Below, piece after piece: positions 27,819-37,482 of a stretch of 64,000 nt of DNA. Source of the stretch: an uncultured Chloroflexia bacterium. GTDB taxonomy: Bacteria; Chloroflexota; Limnocylindria; Limnocylindrales; CSP1-4. Under the pieces are notes generated by a model. It was given only the letters and a program-made list of their open reading frames with translations, was not told the DNA's origin and did not search any database. The translations under genes and the position numbers were made by a program. The stretch spans positions 158,365 to 222,364 of the forward strand of contig CAVSMY010000009.1 of the NCBI GenBank assembly GCA_963729175.1, written 5' to 3'. Each line of letters begins with the position of its first letter. The first letter of the stretch is position 1.

Positions 27819-30800
27819 ATGGACCTTCCGCAGATCAGCTGCCCGGCGTGCGGGACGGCCAACCGGCCCGATCGCAAGTTCTGCGCGGCCTGTGGCGTCG
27901 CACTCGCCGTCCGCTGTCCCGCCTGCGGCACGCCGAACCTTCCAGGCGAGCGGTTCTGCGGCGAGTGCGGGACGAACCTCGGTGGCGCCGGGACGGCCGC
28001 GCGGTCGGCTCCGGCAGCGCTCGACCCCGACGGCGGGCCGTCGGGAGACGCCGGGCCCTTGGTCGACGCAGGATCCCCGACCGCGGAACGTCGCCTCGTG
28101 ACCGTCCTGTTCGGTGACCTCGTCGGCTTCACCGCCCTGTCCGAATCCCTCGACGTCGAAACCGTCCGCGAGCTGCAGACGGCCTACTTCGACGGCGCCC
28201 GGACCGTCATCGAGCGCTACGGCGGGACGGTCGAGAAGTTCATCGGGGACGCGGTGATGGCCGTCTGGGGCGCCCCGATCACGCGCGAGGATGACGCCGA
28301 GCGGGCCGTCAGGGCGGGCCTCGACCTCGTCGACGCGGTCGCCGTGCTCGGGACGACGTCGGGCCGGCCGGGTCTCTCCGCCCGAGTCGGGGTCCTCAGC
28401 GGCGAGGTCGCCGTTTCGCTCGGCGCGACCGGCCAGGGCCTCGTCAGTGGCGACATCGTCAACACGGCCGCGCGACTCCAGTCGGCGGCCGCTCCCGGGA
28501 CCGTCCTTGTCGGTGAGGCGACGAAGCGGGCATCCGAAGCGGCCATCGCCTACGACGACGCCGGCGACCGAGAGCTCAAGGGCAAGGGCGTGCCCGTCGC
28601 CGCGTGGCGGGCGGTCCGCATCGTGGCGGGTCGGGGCGGGAGCGGCCGGATCGACCGGGTCGAGGCCCCGTTCGTCGGGCGAACGCCCGAGCTGCGCGCA
28701 CTCAAGGATGCCCTCCAGGCCGTCGGCGAGGAGCGTCGAGCACGTTTCGTCGGTCTGGTCGGGCAGGCCGGCATCGGAAAGAGCCGCCTCGCCTGGGAGT
28801 TCGAGAAGCACGTCGACGGGCTCATCGAGAACGTCTACTGGCACCGCGGCAGATCGCCCGCCTACGGCGATGGCGTGGCCTACTGGGCCCTCGGCGAGAT
28901 GGTCCGCGAGCGGGCCCGGATCGCCGAGAGCGACAGCCCCGGCGACTCGTCGGCGAAGCTCGACGCGATGCTGGCCGACTACCTCCCGGACACGGAAGAC
29001 CGGCGCTGGGTCGAGCCGCACCTCCGGGTCCTCCTGGGGCTCGACCCGACCGCCGGGACCGACAGGACCGAGCAGTTCGCCGCCTGGCGGCGCCTGTTCG
29101 AGGCGATCGCTCGGCGCGGGACCACCGTCCTCGTGTTCGAGGACCTTCAATGGGCCGATGACGGTCTCATCGACTTCATCGACTCGCTCTTCGAATGGTC
29201 CCGGGCCCACCCGATCCTCGTCGTCGCCCTGACCCGACCGGAACTGCTGGACCGGCGGCCGACCTTCGGCTCGAGCAGCCGCAACGCCCTGCGCCTCCAT
29301 CTCGACCCCTTGACGCCGAGCGAGTCCCGGACTCTCCTCGACAGCCTCGCACCGGACCTGCCCGAGTCCGTCGCCTCGGCCGTCGTCGGGCGCGCCGACG
29401 GCATCCCCCTCTATCTCATCGAGCTGATCCGGATGTTCCGGGACGAGACCGGGGCGATCCTCGCGTCCGCGGAGGCCGCGACCGCGATCCCGCCGTCGCT
29501 CCAGGCCCTCGTCGCCGCCCGGCTCGACGCCCTCGAGCCGGCGGATCGCTCGTTGCTCCAGGACGCCTCGGTCCTGGGGACGACGTTCACCCTCGAGGCG
29601 ATCACCGCGGTGTCGACCCGCGCGCCGGGGGAGATCGAGCCGGCGCTGCGGGCCCTGGTCCGGCGCGAGTACCTCGTCATCGACGCCGATCCGCGCTCGC
29701 CCGAGCGGGGCCAGTACGGCTTCGTCCAGTCGGTCGTCAGGGAGGTCGCATACGGCAGCCTGGCGCGCCGCGACCGCCGCGTGCGACACATCGCCGCGGC
29801 GCGGTTCTTCGAGACCCTCGATGACGATGAGGTCGCCCCGGTCCTGGCGAACCACTACCTCGAGGCGTACCGGGCCTCGCCCGACGACGACCAGGGGGTG
29901 GCGATCCGCGCCCAGGCACGCCTCGCGATCCGGGCCGCCGCCGACCGGGCCGCCCGACTCCACAACGACCGCCAGGCGATCGCCGATCTGGAGGTCGCGC
30001 TCGAGCTCGCGGATGACGACGCAGAACGCGCCGGGATCCTCGAGCGGCAGGCTGCCCTCGCGGACTCGGCGGCGGACTTCGAGCTGTCGATCGAGCGGGG
30101 GTCCCGGGCGCTCGATCTGTATCGCCGCCTCGACGACGCCGCGGGCGCGACGCGGGCCGTCGCGTCGCTCGGCGCGGTCGAGCTCAAGACCGGACGGTTC
30201 ACCGAGGGGACGGCACTCCTGCTCGACGCGATCGAGCGACTCGACCCGGTAGCCGACGGTGAGTCCTACGCCCGCGTCGCGGCGCTCGTCGCCCGGTCCC
30301 ACATGCTGGCCGGGCGCGGCAGCGAGACGGTCGAGTGGGCCGATCGAGCGCTGGCCGCGGCGGCGCCGACGCGCCTCGTGGAGACGATCGCCGAGGCGAT
30401 GAACACGCGCGGCGTCGGTCTGCATCACCAGGGCCGCCTCGACGAAGCGATCGCCACGATCGGGGCGGCGATCGAGCTGGCGGGCGTCCATCGCTTCTCG
30501 CAGGCCGAACTGCGGGCGCGGTTCAACCTCGCCGGGCGCCTGTTCGGTGACGATCCGACCGGGGCCGCGGCGATCCTCGAGGGCGCCCGCGACCTTGCCG
30601 CCAGGACGGGACGTCGGGACTGGCAGCTCCTCACCAGCGGGTTCTTCGCCGGGATGCTGCTCGTGCTGGGTCGGTGGGACGACTGCCTGGCCGCGTTCGA
30701 CCCGACGCCTGTCGATGAGCTGCCCCTCGATGAGCGGATCGAGCAGCTGTTCCGGATCGCCTTGATCGAGACATCCCGCGGCGACCGAGACGCCCTCGAC

Positions 30801-31406
30801 CGGACACGACAGCTGGTCGAGGAGATCGGCGCCGGGTCGATCAGCGGCCCCCAGCAGCTGGCGAGCCGGGCGATGTCCGAGGCGGACATCGCGATCCTCC
30901 TGGGTCGACTCGATGAGGCGGAGCGGCTCGTCGCCAGCGGCATCACCGCGAACTTCGCCCCACGCGCGGCGTCGATCCAGGCATCCATCGCCCTCCGGCG
31001 TCGCGATCCGGCCGGGATCAGGACGGCGATCAGCCGGACGGAGATCAGCGCCGACCGGTCGGCGCTGATCATGGCGGATCGCCGGTTCCTCGAGGCCGCT
31101 GCGGCCGCGCTCGAAGGACGGCGGGACGTGGCGGTCGATGGTTTCCGGACGGCGACCCGCACGATCCGGGACCTGGGGGCGTTCGGGATCCTCTCGGAGG
31201 TGCTGCTCGACATCATCGATGTCCTGGGCCCGGACGACCCCGAGACTCCCGCCTACGCGGCGGAGGCGCGCGCGCTCCTTGATCCGCTGGGTGGCCGGAT
31301 GCAGCTCGAGCGGCTGGCCGCGATCGAGGCGCGGGCTGGCGACCAGCCCGGCGCGCGCGGTAAGCCCACTGGCGCGACCGCCGAGGCATCGACCCAGCGC
31401 GGCTAG
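27819..31406 (+). CDS. double zinc ribbon / class III adenylate(guanylate) cyclase / AAA (STAND) ATPase / TPR protein
   Basis: CPACG..CAACG..CPACG..CGECG zinc ribbons. Cyclase motifs LFGDLVGFT, EKFIGDAVMAVWG and GDIVNTAARLQ. Walker A GQAGIGKSRL. Long helical-repeat C-terminus. Intact 1195-aa ORF. Confidence 0.9.
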   Translation: MDLPQISCPACGTANRPDRKFCAACGVALAVRCPACGTPNLPGERFCGECGTNLGGAGTAARSAPAALDPDGGPSGDAGPLVDAGSPTAERRLVTVLFGDLVGFTALSESLDVETVRELQTAYFDGARTVIERYGGTVEKFIGDAVMAVWGAPITREDDAERAVRAGLDLVDAVAVLGTTSGRPGLSARVGVLSGEVAVSLGATGQGLVSGDIVNTAARLQSAAAPGTVLVGEATKRASEAAIAYDDAGDRELKGKGVPVAAWRAVRIVAGRGGSGRIDRVEAPFVGRTPELRALKDALQAVGEERRARFVGLVGQAGIGKSRLAWEFEKHVDGLIENVYWHRGRSPAYGDGVAYWALGEMVRERARIAESDSPGDSSAKLDAMLADYLPDTEDRRWVEPHLRVLLGLDPTAGTDRTEQFAAWRRLFEAIARRGTTVLVFEDLQWADDGLIDFIDSLFEWSRAHPILVVALTRPELLDRRPTFGSSSRNALRLHLDPLTPSESRTLLDSLAPDLPESVASAVVGRADGIPLYLIELIRMFRDETGAILASAEAATAIPPSLQALVAARLDALEPADRSLLQDASVLGTTFTLEAITAVSTRAPGEIEPALRALVRREYLVIDADPRSPERGQYGFVQSVVREVAYGSLARRDRRVRHIAAARFFETLDDDEVAPVLANHYLEAYRASPDDDQGVAIRAQARLAIRAAADRAARLHNDRQAIADLEVALELADDDAERAGILERQAALADSAADFELSIERGSRALDLYRRLDDAAGATRAVASLGAVELKTGRFTEGTALLLDAIERLDPVADGESYARVAALVARSHMLAGRGSETVEWADRALAAAAPTRLVETIAEAMNTRGVGLHHQGRLDEAIATIGAAIELAGVHRFSQAELRARFNLAGRLFGDDPTGAAAILEGARDLAARTGRRDWQLLTSGFFAGMLLVLGRWDDCLAAFDPTPVDELPLDERIEQLFRIALIETSRGDRDALDRTRQLVEEIGAGSISGPQQLASRAMSEADIAILLGRLDEAERLVASGITANFAPRAASIQASIALRRRDPAGIRTAISRTEISADRSALIMADRRFLEAAAAALEGRRDVAVDGFRTATRTIRDLGAFGILSEVLLDIIDVLGPDDPETPAYAAEARALLDPLGGRMQLERLAAIEARAGDQPGARGKPTGATAEASTQRG

Positions 31407-31816
31407 GTGCCGACGGCCTCCGCCGGCCGGAACCGGAGCGCCGACCAGGTCGCGTCGAGCGCGATCTGGCTGACCGGCTGGTAGCCGAACGGCTCGAACA
31501 CCGGCGGGACGACGTCCCGCTTCAGGTCGGTCTTCACCCCGGAGCCGCCCTTCGGGTAGGCGATCCAGAGCAGCCCGTCGCGGCGGACCGCATCGATCGA
31601 GCGAGCGGCCAGGTGCTGCAGCTCGGCCAGGTCGCGGACGAACACCAGCGCTGCCTCGGGCAGCGTCGCCGCCGCCGCCTCTTCGATCGTGATGCCCATC
31701 AGTGCATCCCGGAGGGCGGGGACGTAGCCCGGCGGCGCGCCCAGGACGAACAGCCGCATCCCGGGCTTGAGGGCGAGCTTCCGGGCCAGACCGTCTGCCA
31801 GGTCGATCGTCATCAC
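31403..31816 (-). CDS. DUF3052-like protein
   Basis: 137 aa. KLALKPGMRLFVLGAPPGY ... LLWIAYPKGGSG pattern. Confidence 0.6.
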   Translation of the reverse strand: MMTIDLADGLARKLALKPGMRLFVLGAPPGYVPALRDALMGITIEEAAAATLPEAALVFVRDLAELQHLAARSIDAVRRDGLLWIAYPKGGSGVKTDLKRDVVPPVFEPFGYQPVSQIALDATWSALRFRPAEAVGT

Positions 31817-32841
31817 GGACTCCCTTGCACGACGTCGTGGGTCGATGGCACGTACACCAGGTCGAGCGTGACGGGCACTCCGAACGCGACGGCAAGCTCT
31901 GTCGCCAGAACCTGGGGATCGCCCGGGGCATCGGGTCCGCTGAGGTGGAGCTCGACGGTCTGGCCGACGACCGCGTACGCCGTGACGGCCAGGTCACGGT
32001 CGCCGATCCAGGCCTCGACGATCGGGCTGCCGGTCTGAGCCCGGACCGTCGCGATCGAGAGCTCGGCGCTCCGCCAGACGAGCGGGATCGAGATCAGCAC
32101 CAGGGCGACGACGGCGCCCATCACACCGTTCCTCACGTGGTGCCGCTCAGCGAGCGACTCGCGGCTCGGCAGCGCGCCTGACAGGGCGAAGACGATGCAG
32201 GCAGCGACGACGATCGCAGCGAAGTTCGTGAGGAACAGGATCAGCGCGCCACCGGCATCGTCGAGCTGGCCGAGCTCGAGGCAGATGCCGACGACCGCGA
32301 GTGGTGGCACGAGGGAGACGGCGATGGCGACCCCGGGCAGCGCGTCGGAGCCCGTCCGCCGGGCGGCGACGAACGCCCCGGCCGCCCCGGCAGCCAGGGC
32401 GACGCCGAGGTCGAGCAGGCCCGGCGCTGTCCGCGCCTCGATCGAGGGGTTGAGAGTGATCGGGTCCGGGATGAGGAACGACACGAGATAGCCGATCGCG
32501 ACGACCATCGCGGCGCCGCCCACGACCTCGACGAAGGTGATCGCCTGCCAGCGCAGCCGGGCCGTCACGATCGCGCCGGCGAAGGCCATGATCGCCCCGC
32601 CCAGGGGCGCGACGACCATCGCGCCGATGATCGCCGCGACCGAGTCCGCGAACAGCCCGAAGGTCGCGATGAGCGCCGCTGCGGCGAGCAGCACGACGAA
32701 CGTGACCGTCGAGCTTCGGAACGCCTCGCCCTCGGGGAACAGATCGTCCAGCCGGGCCGCTCCCAGCGACTGACGAGCGTCGACGAGCCCGCCGTCCGAC
32801 ATCGGCGCGGCGGTGAGCGGCGGCGTGCCTGGGTCACTCAT
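31813..32841 (-). CDS. DUF389 (TIGR00341-like) membrane protein
   Basis: 342 aa, about 7 TM helices with a soluble C-terminal domain. Overlaps its neighbours by 4-8 nt. Confidence 0.75.
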   Translation of the reverse strand: MSDPGTPPLTAAPMSDGGLVDARQSLGAARLDDLFPEGEAFRSSTVTFVVLLAAAALIATFGLFADSVAAIIGAMVVAPLGGAIMAFAGAIVTARLRWQAITFVEVVGGAAMVVAIGYLVSFLIPDPITLNPSIEARTAPGLLDLGVALAAGAAGAFVAARRTGSDALPGVAIAVSLVPPLAVVGICLELGQLDDAGGALILFLTNFAAIVVAACIVFALSGALPSRESLAERHHVRNGVMGAVVALVLISIPLVWRSAELSIATVRAQTGSPIVEAWIGDRDLAVTAYAVVGQTVELHLSGPDAPGDPQVLATELAVAFGVPVTLDLVYVPSTHDVVQGSP

Positions 32842-32880
32842 CGATCGCCTCGGGTTCGGTGAGCGGTGCCAGGGTCGGCG

Positions 32881-33385
32881 TCAGTCGATCGGCTCGGCGT
32901 TCGAGGGGTCCTCGAGGACAGCCCGGGTCTGATCGGCGCGGTAGGCCGCGAGGCGGTCCGCCAGCTCGGGATCGCCGAGGGCGAGGATCGCCGCCGCCAG
33001 CAGTGCCGCATTCGTCGCGTTGCCGATCGCGACGGTCGCGACCGGGATCGCCGCGCGGCATCTGGACGATCGAGAGCAGCGAGTCGAGACCGCCGAGCTG
33101 CTTGGTCGGGATCGGGACGCCGATGACCGGCAGGGCCGTCTTGGCGGCGAGCATCCCGGGCAGGTGGGCGGCGCCACCGGCACCGGCGACGATCACCCGG
33201 ATCCCCCGGCCTTCGGCCGTCTCGGCGTACCGGAACAGCTGGTCCGGCGTCCGATGGGCGGACACGACCCGGAGCTCGCACGGGATCTCGAGCATCTCGA
33301 GCGTCGACTGGGCGTCCATGAGGATCGGGAAGTCGGAGCGGCTGCCGCCGACGATGCCGACACGCGGACCGGGCCCGTCGGTCAT
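32881..33385 (-). pseudogene. purE: 5-(carboxyamino)imidazole ribonucleotide mutase, frame broken at about 33049
   Basis: [14 protein letters not shown]...[12 protein letters not shown]...SIVQMPRG is in one frame. [22 protein letters not shown]...* is in the next. Confidence 0.9.
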
Positions 33386-35091
33386 GACCAGGTCAGCGCC
33401 GCGCGAGCGGCGCGGGCACGCTCGATGGCCTCGTCGATCGTCGCGCCGGTCGCCGTCACATGGCCCATCTTGCGCCGCTCGAAGACCTCGCGCTTGTCGT
33501 AGAGGTGGACGTGGACGAGGGGGTCCCGGAGGGCCCGCTCGAGCCCGCCGGATCCGGGCCGGCCGCGTCAGGACCCTCGCCCAGGATGTTCACGAGCGCG
33601 GCCGGCGTAGCGCTGCTCGACCGAGCCGAGCGGCAGACCGGTGATCGCCCGGATGTGCTGCTCGAACTGGCTGGTGGCACAGGCCTCCACGGACCAGTGA
33701 CCGGTGTTATGGACGCGCGGGGCGAGCTCATTCACGACGAGCGAGCCGTCCTCGAGCAGGAACAGCTCGGCCGTCAGCGTCCCGGTGAGGTCTGCCGCCT
33801 CGGCCAGCCGGCGAACGAGCGCGTCGGCGCGAGCCGCCACGTCCGGGCCGATCGGCGCCGGCGCGACCGACTCGACGAGGATGCCCTCATCGTGGCGGTT
33901 CCGCGCGACCGGGAACGTCACGGCGCGACCGTCGATGCCCCGGGCGCAGATGATCGAGAGCTCGCACACGAAGGCCAGCTCGCGCTCGGCGAGGACCGCC
34001 TCGCCAGCCGGCCGGCCGAGGCGTTCGAGCGCCCCGTTGACGTCGTCGGGTGTGGCGATCCTGAGCTGGCTGCGGCCGTCATAGCCGCCCATCGCGACCT
34101 TGAGCCGGAGCGGCAGCCCGAGATCGTCGGCCGCGATCCGCAGCTCGTCGGTCGTCCGGACCTCGCGCCACGGTGCCACCGCGATGTCCTCGGCCTCGAC
34201 GAACCGCCGTTCGGCGAGCCGGTCCTGGGTGACGAGCAGGGCCCACACGCCGGGCCGGACCGGCCAGTCCCAGTCGAGCCGCTCGACGACCGCGGCGGAG
34301 ACATGCTCGAGCTCATAGGTGACGACATCGGCACGCTCGGACATCCGCAGCGCCGCATCGACGTCGGCGTATGAGCCGACGACGACCTCGTCCGCGATCG
34401 CCGCACAGGGACATGCGGGGTCCGGATCGAGGACGACGACCCGATAGCCCATCTCGCGCGCGGCGAAGCCGAGCATCCGGCCCAGCTGACCGCCGCCGAG
34501 GATGCCGATCGTCGCGGGTGGCAGGGTCGGCGGGTCGGCCGCCCCGATCGCCTCGATCGTCGAGCGGATCCACTCCGTCTTGGCCAGCGAATATCGGACG
34601 CTGTCGGTGGTGCCGTCGGCGAGGATGGCCCGCTTGAGGGCCGCGTACTCGTCGCGGAGGGCGGGATCGGCACGCAGCGCATCGCGGAACGCCAGGTCCC
34701 GCGCCTGGTCACGACCCCAGACCCGATGGCCGCGCGGCTTCACGTGGCAGTGGATCCGGAACAGCGTGCCGTCGTGGACGATCGAGCCGAGGACGAGCGG
34801 GCGGGTCGGCGGGAACGCGTTGGCGTTCGTCTGGCGCTGGAACCCGAGCGCGAGCAGGTGGTCGGTCACGCCCGCGACCTCATCGGGCTCGACCTCGATG
34901 CCGAGGTCGATGACGTTCTTGCCCGGCAGGCCCGGGACGGCGCTGCTGCCGATGTGCTCGACGACGAGGTCGGGGTGGCCCTCTCCGATGATCGCCGCCA
35001 GCAGCGCCGCGACCTCGGGTGCGCGCGGATCCCACTCCTCGGTCGAGGCAGGCTGGGGCGGGTACGGCCCGATCGTGGTCGTCGCGGTCAC
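33382..35091 (-). pseudogene. purK: GrpB-domain::PurK (N5-CAIR synthase) in-frame fusion; 3' end broken at about 33600 and about 33541
   Basis: GTG 35091 (GTGA overlap with the SRPBCC stop) opens a GrpB domain (VEHIGSSAVPGLPGKNVIDL...). It runs without a stop into the PurK domain (IGILGGGQLGRM, ATP-grasp). The PurK tail ALVNILGEG... / [30 protein letters not shown]...TWS* lies in two other frames. Its final TGA overlaps the purE ATG. Confidence 0.8.
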
Positions 35092-35570
35092 GAGGCGGAT
35101 CCATCGGACATCGCGGATCGCGTGGCCGACCAGCGCTCGACGCGGGTCGCGAGGCGCCGATTCGCCTCGGCCCGCGAGCGCCGGGTCAGGGGCCACAGGA
35201 GGATCGCGCCGATGTCGGCAAGGACGCCGCTCGACCACTCCGCCTCCATCCGCAGCAGGGTGCCTGACCCGCGCGGCTCGAGCGTGTAGGTCCACGTCCC
35301 GCTCGACGCCTTCCGCCCGTGGCCGATCGATCCGATGATCCGGCGCGGCGGATCGACGGTCAGGTACTCGACCGTCCACCAGCCTTGTCCGCGGGTCCGC
35401 CGGAACCGGTAGCGCGCTCCACGGCCCGCGGCCGGCGTCGCGGTGTCGTGGACGACCTCGAGGTCCTTGGCATCCCCGGAGGAGGCACCGAACACGTTCG
35501 TCGGCTCGAGGAGGAACGCGAAGACGTCCCCGACCGGCGCGGCGATCGGCATCTCGAGGTGTTCGTTCAC
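35088..35570 (-). CDS. SRPBCC family protein
   Basis: 160 aa. PIAAPVGDVFAFLLEPTNV... pattern. Coupled to the GrpB-purK gene. Confidence 0.7.
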   Translation of the reverse strand: MNEHLEMPIAAPVGDVFAFLLEPTNVFGASSGDAKDLEVVHDTATPAAGRGARYRFRRTRGQGWWTVEYLTVDPPRRIIGSIGHGRKASSGTWTYTLEPRGSGTLLRMEAEWSSGVLADIGAILLWPLTRRSRAEANRRLATRVERWSATRSAMSDGSAS

Positions 35571-35609
35571 CCGACAAGACTACCGACCAGGACGGCTACA
35601 CTCCGCCCC

Positions 35610-36314
35610 ATGAAGCTCGTCGTCGGCCGACGACTGCTCGAGGTGGACGTCGGCTAACTCGGACTGACGGCGGGGTCCGACCGGCCGATCGTCATCGACG
35701 TCGGCACCGGCGACGGCCGCGCCGTGCTCGACCGCGCGACGCGGTCACCCGAGGCATTCGTCCTCGGCCTGGACGCGAATGCCGCCGCGATGGCAGCGGC
35801 GTCGCGGCGTGCGGCTGCGCCTGCCCGGCGGGGCGGTCTGGCCAACGTCGCCTTCGTCCTCGGCTCGGCGGAGCGGCCGCCGGCCGAGCTGGCGGGCCTC
35901 GCCGATCTCGTGACGGTCATCCTGCCATGGGGCTCGCTGCTGCGCGGCGTCCTGGGTCGGGACGATGCGGTCGCCGCCGGCCTTGCCACGCTCCTCGGGC
36001 CGACCGGAACGCTCGAGGCGATCTTCACGATGTCAGCCACCGACGCGGCGGTGACCGGGTCGGATGCCGGAGCGGGACCGGATGTCGAGGCCATCCGGGC
36101 GACGTTCGGCCGGGCCGGTCTGGAGGTCGCCTCGGTCCGCCCGGCGACGCCCGACGAGCTCCTGGCCTCCGGCTCCACCTGGGCGAAGCGTCTGGGGCTG
36201 CGCGGGACCGGGAACGCGACGCCAGATCGGCGGGCCTGGCGACTGACGGCTCGCCGATCCCCAGGACACGTTCGGCTCCGGGATGTTCGCTTGACTCGTC
36301 CGGCCGGACCGTAG
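35610..36314 (+). pseudogene. KamB/NpmA-like class I SAM methyltransferase (16S rRNA A1408-type family resemblance) with in-frame TAA at 35655-35657
   Basis: MKLVVGRRLLEVDVG*LGLTAGSDRPIVIDVGTGDGRAVL...LPWGSLLRGVLG...STWAKRL, all in a single frame. The first canonical start after the TAA (GTG 35724) lies after the SAM-binding GTGDG motif. Confidence 0.7.
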
Positions 36315-36326
36315 ACTCGCGGGGAG

Positions 36327-37382
36327 ATGACCGACCGTCCGACGATCCCCCTGCTGATCGACTGCGACACCGGCATCGACGACGCGTTGGCGCTCCTGTA
36401 TGCCGTCGCGAGCCCGGAGGCCGAGATCGTCGCGGTGACCTGCTGCTCGGGCAACGTCGAGGTCACCGACGTGGCCCGCAACACCCTCGCCGTGCTGGAG
36501 CTCGCCGGCCGGACCGACATCGAGGTGGCGATCGGCCGGCCGGTGCCGCTCGTTCGGGACCTCGTGATCACACCCGAGACGCACGGGCCGCACGGTCTCG
36601 GCTACGCCGAGCTGCCGGCGCCGAGCCGCCCGGTGAGCGACCGGTTCGGACCGGACGTCCTGGTCGACGCGGCGCGTCGCCGACCCGGTGAGATCACCCT
36701 CCTGACGATCGGTCCGCTGACGAACCTCGCCGTCGCCCTGCTCCTCGAGCCGGACCTGCCCCGACTCCTCCATCGCTGGGTCCTCATGGGCGGGGCATAC
36801 CGGGTCAACGGCAACACCGCCCCGACCACCGAGTGGAACATCCACTCCGACCCGGAGGCGGCGAAGCTCGCGTTCACGGCCTTCGCCCGCGCGACGGAGG
36901 CGGGCGCGACTCCCCGACCGCTCGCCCTGGGCCTCGACGTCACCGAGAAGGCGAAGATCACACCGGACCATGTCGTGGCTCTTGCTCGCCGGGCCGGCAG
37001 CCGCCCGGACGGGAGCCTCGCGCCCGCGGACGGCTCGGTCGAGTCCCGCTCGGTGGCGAGCCATCGGGTCGTCCGGTTCGTCGCCGACGCGCTCCGGTTC
37101 TACATGGAGTTCCACTCGCGATACGACGGCTTCTACGGGGCGTTCATCCACGACCCACTGGCCCTCGCGGCGGCCCTCGATCCGTCGCTCGTGCGGTCCG
37201 AGGGCGTGACGGTCGACATCGAGCTGGGCGGCACGCTGACGACCGGCGAGACGGTCACGGACTGGCGGCGCGTCTGGGGTCGGCCAGCGAACGTCGACGT
37301 CGTCGTGGAGGCCGACGCGCAGGCGTTCCTTCGCCGGTTCGTCGAGCGGGTCGGGGCTCTCGCGGAGGAGATCGGGACCTGA
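36327..37382 (+). CDS. nucleoside hydrolase (IU-NH family)
   Basis: N-terminal DCDTGIDDALAL fingerprint. 351 aa, intact. Confidence 0.9.
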   Translation: MTDRPTIPLLIDCDTGIDDALALLYAVASPEAEIVAVTCCSGNVEVTDVARNTLAVLELAGRTDIEVAIGRPVPLVRDLVITPETHGPHGLGYAELPAPSRPVSDRFGPDVLVDAARRRPGEITLLTIGPLTNLAVALLLEPDLPRLLHRWVLMGGAYRVNGNTAPTTEWNIHSDPEAAKLAFTAFARATEAGATPRPLALGLDVTEKAKITPDHVVALARRAGSRPDGSLAPADGSVESRSVASHRVVRFVADALRFYMEFHSRYDGFYGAFIHDPLALAAALDPSLVRSEGVTVDIELGGTLTTGETVTDWRRVWGRPANVDVVVEADAQAFLRRFVERVGALAEEIGT

Positions 37383-37482
37383 TGACCGCCGCACGAGGGC
37401 TGGCATGCGGTCCTCGGGCATGGCACGCTAGGGCAGGGCGGATGCGGGAACGCGGCGCAGGGCGCCGCCATGGAGGGATCGG

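Noticed and set aside
27804-31997. 1397-aa ORF on the minus strand, the longest ORF in the track
   Set aside because: It is antisense to the motif-rich cyclase-STAND gene. The composition is extremely Arg/Gly/Pro/Asp-rich with no recognisable domain. This is a typical high-GC shadow ORF. The same reasoning applies to 60469-62709(+), 42005-44053(-), 12684-14306(-), 39399-41363(-), 4554-6281(+) and similar ORFs.
35092-35577. N-terminal 160-aa extension of the 669-aa GrpB-PurK ORF
   Set aside because: It overlaps the well-supported SRPBCC gene in another frame and is Arg-rich. GTG 35091 gives a GTGA coupling with that gene's stop.
37383-37482. Riboswitch upstream of the ECF S component
   Set aside because: The spacer is only about 100 nt and has no motif I recognise from known riboswitch classes (THI-box, FMN, preQ1, cobalamin).
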